This document shows, piece after piece, positions 51,183-63,131 of a stretch of DNA of 64,000 nucleotides. A program made the position numbers and the translations under genes. The first letter of the stretch is position 1. Each line of letters starts with the position of its first letter. The notes beneath the pieces are model-generated. The model ran no database searches and was not told where the DNA came from. It was given only the letters and a program-made list of their open reading frames with translations. The DNA comes from Squalus acanthias (lineage: Eukaryota), in assembly GCA_030390025.1 (NCBI GenBank), contig JASTWF010000036.1:3846001-3910000 (forward strand), in the 5' to 3' direction.

Positions 51183-51414
51183 GCCCCCGGGTGTAATAAA
51201 GGTCTATTGAGCTCTGAAGATCCGTTCCTTTGCATTAGGAGGAAAGCTATCCCTACTGCTTGCTTTTGTTTCTTTGCTTGAAGTTCCTCAGCCACATAGT
51301 ATTAATTGGGCCTAATATTGTTGGTTTTCTCACGCCCTCCCACACCTCAAACCACAGGTCAGATATTAATTTATTGCCCCCCTTCCTCCCGCCTGACTGC
51401 TGCTCAGATACAAG

Positions 51415-51820
51415 TTTATTTTAAAATTAAAAAATCCTCATCCTTGTTTTCAAATCCCTCCAGGGCCTCGCCCCTCCCCCTCTCTCTAATCTCCTCCAGC
51501 CCCACAACCCTCTGAGATCTCTGCGCTCCTCTAATTCTGGCCTCTTGCACATCCCTGATTTTAATCGCTCCACCATTGGTGGCCGCGCCTTCAGCTGCCT
51601 CGGCCCGAAGCTCTGGAATTCCCTCCCTAAACCTCTCCACCTCTCTACCTCTCTCTCCTCCTTTTAAGACGCTCCTTAAAACCTAGCTCTTCAACCAAGC
51701 TTTTGGTCATGTGTCTTAATATCTCCTTATGTGTCAAATTTTGTTTGATAATCGCCCCTGTGAAGCACCTTGGGACGTTTTACTACGTTTAAGGCGCTAT
51801 ATAAATACAAGTTGTTGTTA
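51415..51820 (+). mobile_element. L2-clade LINE 3' fragment
   Basis: same family as 1021-1325; further minus-strand copies at 31255-31720, 54095-54300 and 54345-54640. Confidence 0.8.
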
Positions 51821-51939
51821 TTTACTGGTTTTCTCTCCTCTTGCTCCCGGACTGCGAGATAGACATTAGCTTCCTCACTTCCTCTTTTGTTGAATTGGTA
51901 AGATTGTTTCCTTTTCTTCTAAAAAGTAATAAAAGGACT

Positions 51940-52130
51940 ACAGAAAACGCTGGAAAAACTCAGCAGGCCAGGCAGCATCCGTGGAGAGAGAAACAGAGTT
52001 AACGTTTCAGAAGGGTCCCAGACCTGAAACGTTAACTCTGTTTCTCTCTCCATGGATGATGCCTGGCCTGCTGAGTTTTTCCAGCGTTTTCTGTTATTTC
52101 AGATTTCCAGCATCCGCAGTATTTTGCTAT
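51940..52130. mobile_element. Penelope-like element termini arranged as an inverted repeat
   Basis: arms 51940-52010 and 52024-52094; same sequence family as 59045-59390 and 60260-60332. Confidence 0.75.
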
Positions 52131-52165
52131 TGTAATGAAAGGACTAACTGTTCTGTTTCTTTTAG

Positions 52166-52240
52166 GTGTGCAAAGAAAAGCATCGCTTTGAAAACCTGAT
52201 GGAATATTTTCGAAATGAAGACAGCAACATTGATTTCATG
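52166..52240 (+). CDS. FMNL3: FMNL3 exon 10 (VCKEKHRFENLMEYFRNEDSNIDFM), FH3
   Basis: actaac branch motif plus gtttcttttag acceptor, 75 nt, gtaaga donor. Confidence 0.95.
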
Positions 52241-52278
52241 GTAAGAGTCAGCGAGACCTGCTCATTGGAAGTGGGGTA

Positions 52279-52507
52279 TGACATGAATCTTGTCATTCAT
52301 GTGGAAATGACTTATGAAATAATACTGGGCAGCCTGCTGGTGGCGCTGTCCAGGGAGAGGATAAATACTCGGGCATGGGCCCAGCTTGCTCAGGACATTC
52401 GTTAACAGGAACTAGTGAAGGACACAACTAGATCTCCATGTTGAAAAACAGTTGATTAAAGCCTTGTTTAACACTTAGACCAAGTGCCTAGTAGTTTTCT
52501 TACGTTA
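52279..52507 (+). mobile_element. Solo LTR, copy 3, 38 nt downstream of exon 10
   Basis: TGAC...GTTA (CA mutated) termini, 5-bp TSD GGGTA. Confidence 0.8.
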
Positions 52508-52906
52508 GGGTACAAGGGGAAAGGGTGTGAGGCTGAGCTCCCAGTGTGGAGCCTCACCAGACGGGCACTGATTGCCCGACCCGCATTTGCCACAAGCGTG
52601 GGTCTGTGCCAGCAGCGCAGGCTCTCCGAAGTTGCCCTGTAGTTTCAGTGCAATGTGCTCGCGATGTCACAGCGGGTGGGAGAAGCTCTCCGCTGGAGGT
52701 TGTACCTCAGAGAATCGGCACTGTCCAGGCTCCCATGCTTTTGGCACCGCTTTGCCACTCCCTCTACGGACAGACTTGCACACGGAGCTGGACGCGTGCT
52801 GAAACATCGGGTGAAGCCACCTTTGCAAGACCACCAATAGTAGCATGGGAAACATTTCGAAGAAGGCAGTAAGGACGCCTTTGGGCCAAAGGCCTCACTT
52901 ATTTCA

Positions 52907-53344
52907 GTGTCAGCTGTGGCTCAGTGGGTAGCACCCTCTCCTGAGTCAGAAGGTTATGGGTTCAAGTCCCACTCCAGGGACTTGAGCACAGCAAGCTAGG
53001 CTGACACTCCAGTGCAGTACTGAGGAAGTGCTACACTGTCAGAGGTGCCGTCTTTTGGATGAGACGTTAAACCGAGGCCCCGTCTGCTCCCTCAGGTGGA
53101 TGTAAAAGATCCTGCGGCACTATTTCGAAGAAGAGCAGGGGAGTTATCCCCAGTGTCCTGGCCAATATTTCTCCCTCAACCAACATAATGACCAGATAAT
53201 CTGTTTTTGTTATCTCATTGCTGTTTGTGGGAGCTTGCTGTGCGCAAATTGGCTGCCGCGTTTCCTACATTACAACAGTGACTCCACTTCAAAAAATACT
53301 TCATTGGCTGTAAAGTGCTTTGGGACGTCCGGTGGTCGGTCGGT
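52907..53344 (+). mobile_element. SacSINE1-like DeuSINE ending in a CT microsatellite
   Basis: family consensus match. Confidence 0.85.
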
Positions 53345-53852
<508 letters not shown>

Positions 53853-55020
53853 GACGAGTCACTGGGTTTTGTGCAGAAGTGTCAAGGGAATGAGCTGGAT
53901 CAAAGACTAGAGAAGCTTGAGCTGTACAGTCCAGAGAGAAGGAGATTAAGCAGGGGGAGGAACCTCATTGGAGTATCTGAAGTATTAATTGCATGTAGAG
54001 AAGATAAAACCAGAATTATAGTTTACGGTCAGTCAGACCAGTAGAATAAAAAGCCAGAAATTCAAATTAAATCTTAGAAAAAGATTTCCTCACTCAACAA
54101 CAACTTGCATTTATATAGCGCCTTTAACATAGTAAAACGTCCCAAGGTGCCTCACAGGAGTGTAATTGGACAAAATTTGACACCAAGCCACATGAGAGAT
54201 TGGGACAGGTGACCAAAAGCTTGGTCAAAGAGGTAGGTTTTAAGGAGCGTCTTAAAGCAGGAGAGAGAGGCGGAGAGATTTAGGGAGGAAATTCCAGAGC
54301 TTCTTGAAGGGTGTTCGGTTAGGTGAAGACATTAATTGAGTTCAGCAACAACAACTTGCATTTCTATACAGCGCCTGCAATGCAACAAACTGTCCCAAGA
54401 CACTTCATGGAGATGTAAGGAAAATGGCTCTCGAGCCAAGAACGGAGAAATTAGATGGGGTGACCAAAAGCTTCGTCAAAGAGTTGGGCCTTGAGGTTTT
54501 GGGAGGTGGAGGAGCTTCGAGGGGAGTTGCAAAAGTAGCATCACGGTGAAGTGCTGCTTGAAAATATGCGATGTGTGGAGAGGAGGATAAAACAGAAGGC
54601 TGGAATCCGTGGGAGGAGATGTAGGGCTGGAGGAAATTGCATAGAATTACATAGAAATGATAACAAAAACAGGGCATTTAGCCCAACCAGTCCATGTTGG
54701 TGTTTATCCTCCACATGTGCCCTCCCTGTTCCCATATCCCTTTCCTTCAGCCACCTCTCTAACCTATTCTTAAATGTCGACATGATCTCTGCCTCAATCA
54801 CTAAGTAGTGCATTCCACAGCCTCTCCACCCTTTATATAAAAAGGTTTCTCCTGCTCCCTGTCCCAAATCTCTCACATTTAATCTTGTATCTATATCCTC
54901 TTGTTCTAGACTCCGCAACCACTGGAATCAGTCTGTTTCTACCAACCCTGTCTCATCCCTTCACCATTTTAAACACGTTTATCAAATCACCCCATAATTT
55001 CCTCTGTTCTCACGAAACAC

Positions 55021-55350
55021 AGGGCAACACGGTGGCATAGTGGTTAGCACTGGTGCCTCACAGCGCCAGGGACCCGGGTTCAAATCTGGCCTCGGGTGAC
55101 TGTCTGTGTGGAGTTTGCACATTCTCCCCGTGTCTGCGTGGGTTTCCTCCGGGTGCTCCGGTTTCCTCCCACAGTCCAAAAATGTGCGGGTTAGGTTGAT
55201 TTGGCTATGATAAATTGACCCTTAGTGTTAGGGGGGGATTAAATATGTGGGGTTACGGGGATAGGATAGGAAGGGATATGTTAGGGGGAATTAAATACGT
55301 GGGGTTACGGGGATAAGGTGGGATATGTGTCGGTGCAGGCTCGATGGGGA
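55021..55350 (+). mobile_element. HE1-type V-SINE (elasmobranch tRNA-derived SINE)
   Basis: ggtggcatagtggttagcac...gggttcaaatc head; V-domain tgtgtggagtttgcacattctccccgtgtctgcgtgggtttcctccgggtgctccggtttcctcccacagtccaaa; followed by a CR1 3' tail at 55359-55474. Confidence 0.85.
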
Positions 55351-55679
55351 TTCTGTGTGAGAAAGCAGGGACAGGGTACTGGATTTGGATGATCAGCCAT
55401 GATCGTATTGAATGGTGGAGCAGGCTCGACGGGCCGAATGGCCTACTCCTGCTCCTAGTTTCTATGTTTCTATGAAAGCAGCATGGGGTGGGGCGAGGGC
55501 ATGGATGAAGTTTTAGATGAAGACACAGGATTTTAAATAGAATGCGTTGGGGGCGGTGGTGGAGTTGGAGGCTGGGATGGGTGAGTTGAAGTACTTAGGG
55601 GGACAAGCTCGATGGGCCATGGGGCCTGTCCTTGTCCAGGACTCTTTCTTCTGTTCCTATATTTCTGCATGCCTTGCCG

Positions 55680-56945
55680 TGAAGGGAATTGACTAATCTA
55701 CTGGAATTTTTTGAGGATGTAACTGGTAGAATAGACAAGGGAGAACCAGTGGATGTGGTGTATTTGGACTTTCAGAAGACTTTCGATAAGGTCCCGCATA
55801 AGAGATTAGCATGCAAAGTTAAAGCACATGGGATTGGGGGTAAGGTACTGACTTGGATAGAGAACTGGTTGGCAGACAGGGAGCAAAGAGTTGGAATAAA
55901 CGGGTCTTTTTCCGAGTGGCAGGCAGTGACTAGTGGGGTACCGCAGGGATCAGTGCTAGGACCCCAGTTATTCACAATATATATTAATGATCTAGACGAG
56001 GGAACGAGATGTAATATCTCCAAGTTTGCAGACGACACAAAGCTGGGTGGGCGTGTGTGCTGTGAGGAGGATGCAGAGAAACTCCAGTATGATTTGGACA
56101 GGTTGGGTGATTGGGCAGATGCAGTATAATGTGGATAAATGCGAGGTTATCCACTTTGGTGGCAAAAACAGGAAGGCAGATTATTATCTGACCGGCAATA
56201 GATTGGGAAAAGGGGAAGTGCAACGAGACCTGGGTGTCCTTGTGCACCAGTCGCTGAAGGTAAGCATGCAGGTACAGCAGGCGGTTAAGAAGGCAAATGG
56301 TATGTTGGCCTTCATAGCGAGAGGATTCGAGTACAGGAGCAAGGATGTCTTGCTGCAGTTGTACAGGGCCTTGGTGAGACCACACCTTGAGTATTGTGTG
56401 CAGTTTTGGTCGCCTTATCTGAGGAAGGATGTTCTTGCCATGGAGGGAGTGCAGCGAAGATTCACCAGACTGATACCTGGGATGGCAGGAATGACGTATG
56501 AAGAGAGATTGGGTCGATTGGGCTTGTATTCGCTAGAGTTTCGAAGAATGAGAGGGGATCTCATTGAAACTTATAAAATTCTAACAGGACTAGACAGACT
56601 AGATGCAGGAAGGATGTTCCCGATGGCGGGCGTGTCCAGAACCAGGGGTCACAGTCTAAGGATAAGGGGTAAGCCATTTAGGACTGAGATGAGGAGGAAT
56701 TTCTTCACCCAGAGAGTGGTGAACCTGTGGAATTCTCTACCACAGAAGACAGTTGAGTCCAATTCATTAAATATATTCAAGAAGGAGTTAGATATATTTC
56801 TTAATGCTAAGGGGATCAAGGGATATGGGGAGAAAGCAGGGACAGGGTACTGAATTTGGATGATCAGCCATGATCTCATTGAATGGCGGAGCAGGCTCGA
56901 GGGGCCGAATGGCCTACTCTTGCTCCTATCTTCTATGTTTCTATG
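55680..56945 (+). mobile_element. Young 5'-truncated CR1 (HER1-like) LINE with RT C-terminal half, one frameshift
   Basis: TNLLEFFE...[13 protein letters not shown]...[10 protein letters not shown]...FADDTKL, then ...LEYCVQFWSPY...GYGEKAGTGY*; (tctatgtt)n tail. Confidence 0.95.
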
Positions 56946-57869
56946 AAAGAACAGATTGCAGCTCTATTTATCTCCGTAGACTGAAGTCAGTGTCTCTGCT
57001 TGCAGTTGTGGCTCCTTGCGTCAGTGAGTTACGAGGAGAGGCTGAAGGAGCTAAGTCTGTTCTCCATGAGAAAGAGAAGTACATCAGCGACATCGTAAAT
57101 GTAGCGGGAACATTTCCTCTGATTGCTAGTTCTGATTGAATCATTAAACGTGTTCTAAAACAACGCATTTAGAATTTCGCCGGCAATAGTAGCAAGCGAA
57201 AATCTTCTCTGATGGTACGGTACATGGGGAATTGGTGTAAGCGTTAAAGAAGGAAATGGATAGAGTGCTGTTTAAACAGGGAGTAGAGGGATATGAGTTC
57301 AGTACTGAGGTGGAGAGGGGATAGAATTGGTGCAGGTTGAGAGGGACCCAAAAGGTGGGGTGAGCAAGCTGGACCTCGTCAATGTTCGCGCTATCTTTTA
57401 GGTTTATTTTAAATGGGAGGGCATCTTTTATTATTTAAAATAGCAGATTCACATTTTGTATGAATGTGCTGAAGGTTTGTTATTAATATCATGCAGTATG
57501 ATTCCAACCCTTCTCATTTTTATGATTTTTTTTTTAATAAACCATTGGCATCCAATTTACAATACTGTAGATTGAATCCTGGAATCATACAGCACAGAAG
57601 GAGGCCATTTGACCCATCGTGCCTGTGCCGGCTCTTTGAAAGACCTACCCAATTAGTCCCACTCCCCCCTGCTCTTTCCCCACAGCCCTGCAATTTTTCC
57701 CTTCAAGTACTTACCCAATTCCCTTTTGAAAATTACTATTGAATCTGCTTCCACCGCCCTTTCAGGCAGCGCATTCCAGATCATCATAACTTGCTTATTA
57801 TTTTGCTCTAGTGGAAGCTACTCTGACATTGTCTCTCAGCTTCTTCTCTTCCCCCTTGCGTTCTGCTAG

Positions 57870-57980
57870 GTGGCGTGCATGCAGTTCATCAACATCGTGG
57901 TCCATTCTGTGGAGGACATGAACTTCCGGGTCCACTTGCAGTTCGAGTTCACCAAGCTGGGCCTCGACGAATTCTTGGAG
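57870..57980 (+). CDS. FMNL3: FMNL3 exon 11 ([37 protein letters not shown])
   Basis: long pyrimidine tract and ctgctag acceptor, 111 nt, gtgggt donor. Confidence 0.95.
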
Positions 57981-58875
57981 GTGGGTGCGAGATCCGTCAC
58001 TTTGCACTCGCGAAAAGCATGATCCCAGTTAACCCTGGCAATTTCTTATTTTTCCCACCCAAGTGCAGGGCCAATTGAAGGGGCCCCTCGCACGTTTAAA
58101 ATGGAAAGCTTTATAATACCCTCTTAGCCTAAACCCGCACTTCAGAATTATTGGTACTGGTGTGCCAGCTAGATTTTATCAAAATGATATGGCTCACTCA
58201 CTTGACACCAACACTAGCGTCCCCCCCATAGTAATGTCCAGCATATTCGTAATGTTGCTTTAAGCGTTCTCTGGGACAGTTGCATCCTGTCGAGATGCGA
58301 CATCAGAAATCCACATACTTTGCTGAAAATATTGGCCTGAGGGATCAGGTTGTGCAGTGAGTGCAGAAAAAAAAGAAGAGAGAATAAAAGATCTAATCGC
58401 CACAGCTTGCGTCTTTTTTTTTTGTAATCTGTCTGTATAAAAGAAAGGCACGTGGGTAATATGAGAGTTCAACCCACGATATCCATTGAATGGTCTTGAG
58501 GGAAGGGAGTGTTGCTAAAGGCATGGTCAACATGATGGCAAGTCTCTCCCAAGTCACAATGATAAAGAATATGGGTTTGCAGCCATATTTAAGGCATGGA
58601 GTGTGGAGACCCCAAAATGACCCCAATTGTGTGGGTGGAAAGTGTCCTCCCTGCCCAGCACAGTGATATCTTCAAAACCATTTAAATCTGTGCAGTGCAT
58701 TGCCGGTATCTTTAATCAGCATTCCTCAAATTCCAAATTACGTCAATGGCCTTGTCACCCCATCTTCCATTCTTGTTTTGGGAACACACAACGCGATTTA
58801 AAGCCAGCTATTTAGTGGAAACAGAAGTCCGTTATTGCACCCCTCGATAATGGTTACAATTTATTTTCTTTCCAG

Positions 58876-59025
58876 AAATCCAAGCACACGGAAAGTGACA
58901 AACTCCAGGTTCAGATCCAGGCCTACCTGGACAATGTGTTTGATGTGGGAGGCCTCCTCGAGGATGCCGAGACGAAGAACGCCGCCTTGGAGAAAGTGGA
59001 CGAACTGGAAGAGCACTTGTCGCAT
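58876..59025 (+). CDS. FMNL3: FMNL3 exon 12 ([50 protein letters not shown])
   Basis: ttttctttccag acceptor, 150 nt, gtgagc donor. Confidence 0.95.
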
Positions 59026-59044
59026 GTGAGCACATGATATGTCA

Positions 59045-59390
59045 TACAAAAGCAAAATACTGCGGATGCTGGAAATCTGACGTGAAAACTGGAAATACTC
59101 AGCAGGTCAGGCAGCATCTGTGGAGAGAGAAACAGAGTCAACGTTTCAGGTCGATGACCCTTCATCAGAACTGGAAAAAATTGGAGGTGTAACAGATTTT
59201 AAGCAAGTGTAGGGGCAGGGAGAGGGGGGAGGGAAGAAAAGAACAAAAGTGAAGGTCTGTGATAGGGTGGAAGGCAGGAGAGATTAAGAGACAAAAGGGA
59301 TGATGGTGCAAGGCAATAGGAGATGTTGATGGGACAAGTTAAGAAACAAAAGATGACTCTAGATGAAGTGTAAATGATATGTAATGTCAT
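59045..59390 (-). mobile_element. Penelope-like element fragment with hammerhead motif (59136-59172)
   Basis: reverse complement reads agtt-CTGATGA-a-gggtc atc gacct-GAAA-cg-tt-gact, followed by ctgtttctctctccacagatgctgcctgacctgctgag. Confidence 0.7.
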
Positions 59391-60331
59391 TCTTGGACTT
59401 GTCTCCCTTTGACGTGGAAGCCTGGTAGTTCACGTAGAGCACAGCGTGCCACCTCAAACTGCACAGGTTCTTGCGCCGTTGCCATCTTGGGTGTCTGCCA
59501 CTCGCGGCTGCAAGAGATTCAAGTTAGCGGCTTTCAAACTGGGTCCCCAGAACGAGGAGGGGTGCGGGGGGCAGGCTCTGTAAACTCATAAAATTTCTCA
59601 CTGTGTAAGGCTGTCAATATTGTGCACTGAAAGCACGGTATCATAAACATTCTCCAATGTTTCCTTACTGGAATGTTATTTCCATTGCTGTGCACCAATT
59701 GGCACCAATGTTCCCTTTAATATTTTTTGGGCGCATGCGTGGTTTTTCCAATTTAAAAGCCAGCTGCGCGGGAGCTGCAGAGCGCTGCGCAGCTTAAAAG
59801 GAACGTTAATTGACACTCTGTTTCCGAAGGTAGGAGAAGGGGGTCTGTGGTAGAGTTTCCAACTCTGATTGGGCATATTCCTGGCGCTTTCATCACGTGA
59901 TCTCCAACCACCCCGCCTAGTCAAACAGCCCTTTTTCCCCCGCGCCCCCCATCTCCAATATTTTTAAATAATAAACAAAAGTGTTCAAAGAAAATTGGGG
60001 GGGGGGTGGCGGGGGGAACACTTTTTTTAATGCCCGGTTGCTCACAGCAGTTGTCCAGGAGATTCCTCTTTAGCTCCTGGAGACTCCAGGGCAATCCTGG
60101 AGGGTTGGCGACCCGAGCCTGCGGGAGTGTGTCCGTATTTACGCAGGTTGCTGGGGACTGCGTGGACCTTCGCAGGGAGTCCCGAGGTGCGTGTCAGTAT
60201 TTACCGAGATCCCCCCCCGGGTCTGTGTTGACATTTACAGGGAGCACTGTGAAGGAGCTAATACAAAAACAGAAAATGCTGGAAACACTCAGCAGGTCAG
60301 CATCTGTGGAGAGAGAAGCACCGTTAACGTT

Positions 60332-60798
60332 TAAAAAAAAAAAAAGACCTGCATTTATATAGCGCCTTTCGCGACCTCCGGATGTCCCAAAGCGCTTTAC
60401 AGCCAATGAAATACTTTTTGAAGGGTCGTCGCTGTTGTAATGTAGGAAACACGGCAGCCAATTTGTGCACAGCAAGCTCCCACAAACAGCAAAGTGACAA
60501 TGACCAGATAATCTGTTTTTTTAGTGATGGATAAGTATTGGCCCATGACACCAGGGATAACTCCCCTGCTCCTCTTCGAAATAGTGCCATGGGATCTTTT
60601 ACGTCCACCTGAGAGAGCAGACGGGGCCTCCGTTTAACGTCTCACTCGAAAGACGGCACCTCCGACAGTGCAGCGCTCCCTCAGCACTGCACTGGAGTGT
60701 CAGCCTAGCTTTTTGTGTTCAAGTCTCTGAGAGTGGGACTTGAACCCACAACCTTCTGACTCAGGTGAGAGTGCTACCCACTGAGCCAGGGCTGACAC
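60332..60798 (-). mobile_element. SacSINE1-like DeuSINE abutting a Penelope-like fragment
   Basis: family consensus; joins the PLE terminus at 60260-60332. Confidence 0.85.
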
Positions 60799-61710
60799 CT
60801 TGCCGTTAATTATGCTGAAACCTAATTTAAAAAAATTGGCGGCTGGAAGGTGTTAGAGATTGAACAGTTGAGAAGCAAGTACAGAGCCAGAGAAGAATAA
60901 AAGGAAAGGGGTGAAGGAGCTATTTGCAACTAAGTTGAGCTGTGGTCTCCTATGATCTCCTGTACATAGACTTAAAGGACCGATTATCCGCATGGACCTC
61001 ACAGGCTGGGACCCTCAACCACTGTCAATTGATGCAATTTTCCATCTGTAACAAGGCTACTTGCTACTTCCCGATGAGCTCGGCTGGTGGGTGGAGCTCC
61101 CTGCCTGTAGCCTGCATTTGGAAAACCTTTTAAGGTAAAGCAGATGAACTCCGTGAGATGCCATTACTTACGTTGGGACCGAATTAAAAAAAAAAAAAAT
61201 GGATGCTGGACAGCGTTCTGGAGATAGCTCTTATTTCTCTCGGTCATGACTCCCTACAAGAACTGTCACTGGATGGTGACAAACGCAGTATGGCAGATAG
61301 AGATAGTTTCATACCTTACTGAAAGGTCAATGCCTTGAATATCCCTAGGATATTAGTATTGGGTATACTACTCTCCACCCCTACATACTACATCTACACT
61401 CTTCTGGTGTCATTTGAACACCCAACATTCTGGTCTGGAGGCAAACTGACTTACCAGTAAGTTAGAGTCATGTTAAGGCCGCATTTTGAAGCATTTGATG
61501 AGCTGGTGGGTCGAGGACTATCTGGCATCCGTAATTTAGAGATGTTGGGATCTGCATTTCTGGGAGAATGGTACCTTGAGCAGTCCCATAACACTGTAGG
61601 TCTTCAGAATCTGAATCCTTCATTGCGAATGTAACTGGCTGAATTATTTGTTAAGAGAAAAGGGTTTGTTTTCAGACTAATCGAACTTGAAACTGTCTCT
61701 CTCCTCCCAG

Positions 61711-61812
61711 TTGTCGGAGAAGCTTCAGGAACTGGAGAATGAAAATATGATGAGGGTGGCGGAACTGGAAAAGCAGCTACTACATCGAGATACTGAACTG
61801 GAAACGATAAAG
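61711..61812 (+). CDS. FMNL3: FMNL3 exon 13 ([34 protein letters not shown]), coiled coil
   Basis: ctctcctcccag acceptor, 102 nt, gtaggg donor. Confidence 0.95.
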
Positions 61813-62149
61813 GTAGGGTCTCCAGGCTGGGATTGTGTAGTATCTTCATATCTCAATTTAATTATTTTTTTAAAATAGCAAGCTTGTACAGAGCGGCGAC
61901 CGCTGTCGATTTCAAGAAGGGAGGAGCAATGATAATTACCGTCTAACTGTTTACAGCGAGGGTAATGGCGGAATTGTGCAAAAGTCTCAGGAAAATATGG
62001 AGTGGCTTAAGTCGCTTAACCCTATAGTTTCCTCTTTCTTTTGCGGTGTTCAGGGGACCCTGTGCTGTAGATGCACCGTAGACTGTGGCACTAGTCCCCA
62101 GGATAACCTGGACCACCAAACAAGCCCACTTTGCTTGGCTAACTTGGCT

Positions 62150-62520
62150 AAATTCTGACAGGGCTAGACAGACTGGATGCAGGGAGGATGTTTCCCCTGG
62201 CGGGGGGGGTCTAGAACGAGGGGTCACAGTCTCAGGATACGGGGTAGGACATTTCGGACTGAGATGAGGAGAAATGTCTTCACTTACAGGGTGGTGAACC
62301 TGTGGAATTCTCTACCACAGAAGGCTGTGGAGGCCCAGTCACTGAATATATTTAAGAAGGAGATAGATAGATTTCTAGACACAAAAGGCATCAAGGGGTA
62401 TGGGGAGAGAGCGGGAATATGGTATTGAGATAGAGGATCAGCCATGATCATATTGAATGGCAGAGCAGGCTCGAAGGGCCGAATGGCCTACTCCTGCTCC
62501 TATTTTTCTATGTTTCTATG
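62150..62520 (+). mobile_element. CR1 3' fragment
   Basis: SRTRGHSLRIRGRTFRTEMRRN...LWNSLPQK; ttctatgtttctatg tail. Confidence 0.9.
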
Positions 62521-62875
62521 GATACAGTTCTCTGTTGTACTTGGAAATCAATCAAATATTGAAGACGATGTTAATGGACTAAAACTCCTTGACCAGAGTT
62601 AAGGATGTTCCTGCTTCCAAGTGCAGAGCTTTCAGCTGCCTGGTTGCCGTTTGTTTGAAGCCGCGCTGGACGTTCATTACAGAGCGGCTTTGATGACTGT
62701 TGTAGACCAGGTGGCTCGCTTAGACTATCCAGCACCCCTGGTTGGAGGAGATGCGTGCAGATGTGGAAGGCTCCTTGTCGAGTGTTAAAACAATTGAAGT
62801 TAGTTGGAGAGCAACGCAACTTGCCCTCGAGCACTGTTTGACCGCAAGCCATGCCAACTCTTTGCGCCCTGACAG

Positions 62876-63131
62876 GAAACGTACAAAGATGCCAGCAGCC
62901 AGGTGCACACGTTGCGGAAGATGATCAAGGAGAAAGAGGAGGCTTTCCAGCGGCAGTTTCACCTGGAGAAACAGATGACGGATCTGCAACGCGGATCCAT
63001 TGGGGATTGTCCCGACGGAGGTTTTTCCATGCTGTCTCGATCTGCCATGGGTTCGGAACTAATGGAAACCATTCCTGCACCAGCTGCACCACCGACCCCT
63101 CCTCCACCGTCACTAGCTCCACCGTTACCAG
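62876..63131 (+). CDS. FMNL3: FMNL3 exon 14 (ETYKDASSQVHTLRKMIKEKEEAFQRQFHLEK...PAPAAPPTPPPPSLAPPLP), start of FH1
   Basis: ccctgacag acceptor, 256 nt, gtaaag donor in phase 1; proline-rich 3' end. Confidence 0.9.

Noticed and set aside
55689..56853. Functional reverse transcriptase gene
   Set aside because: 5'-truncated and frameshifted CR1 copy, with no endonuclease domain or ORF1.
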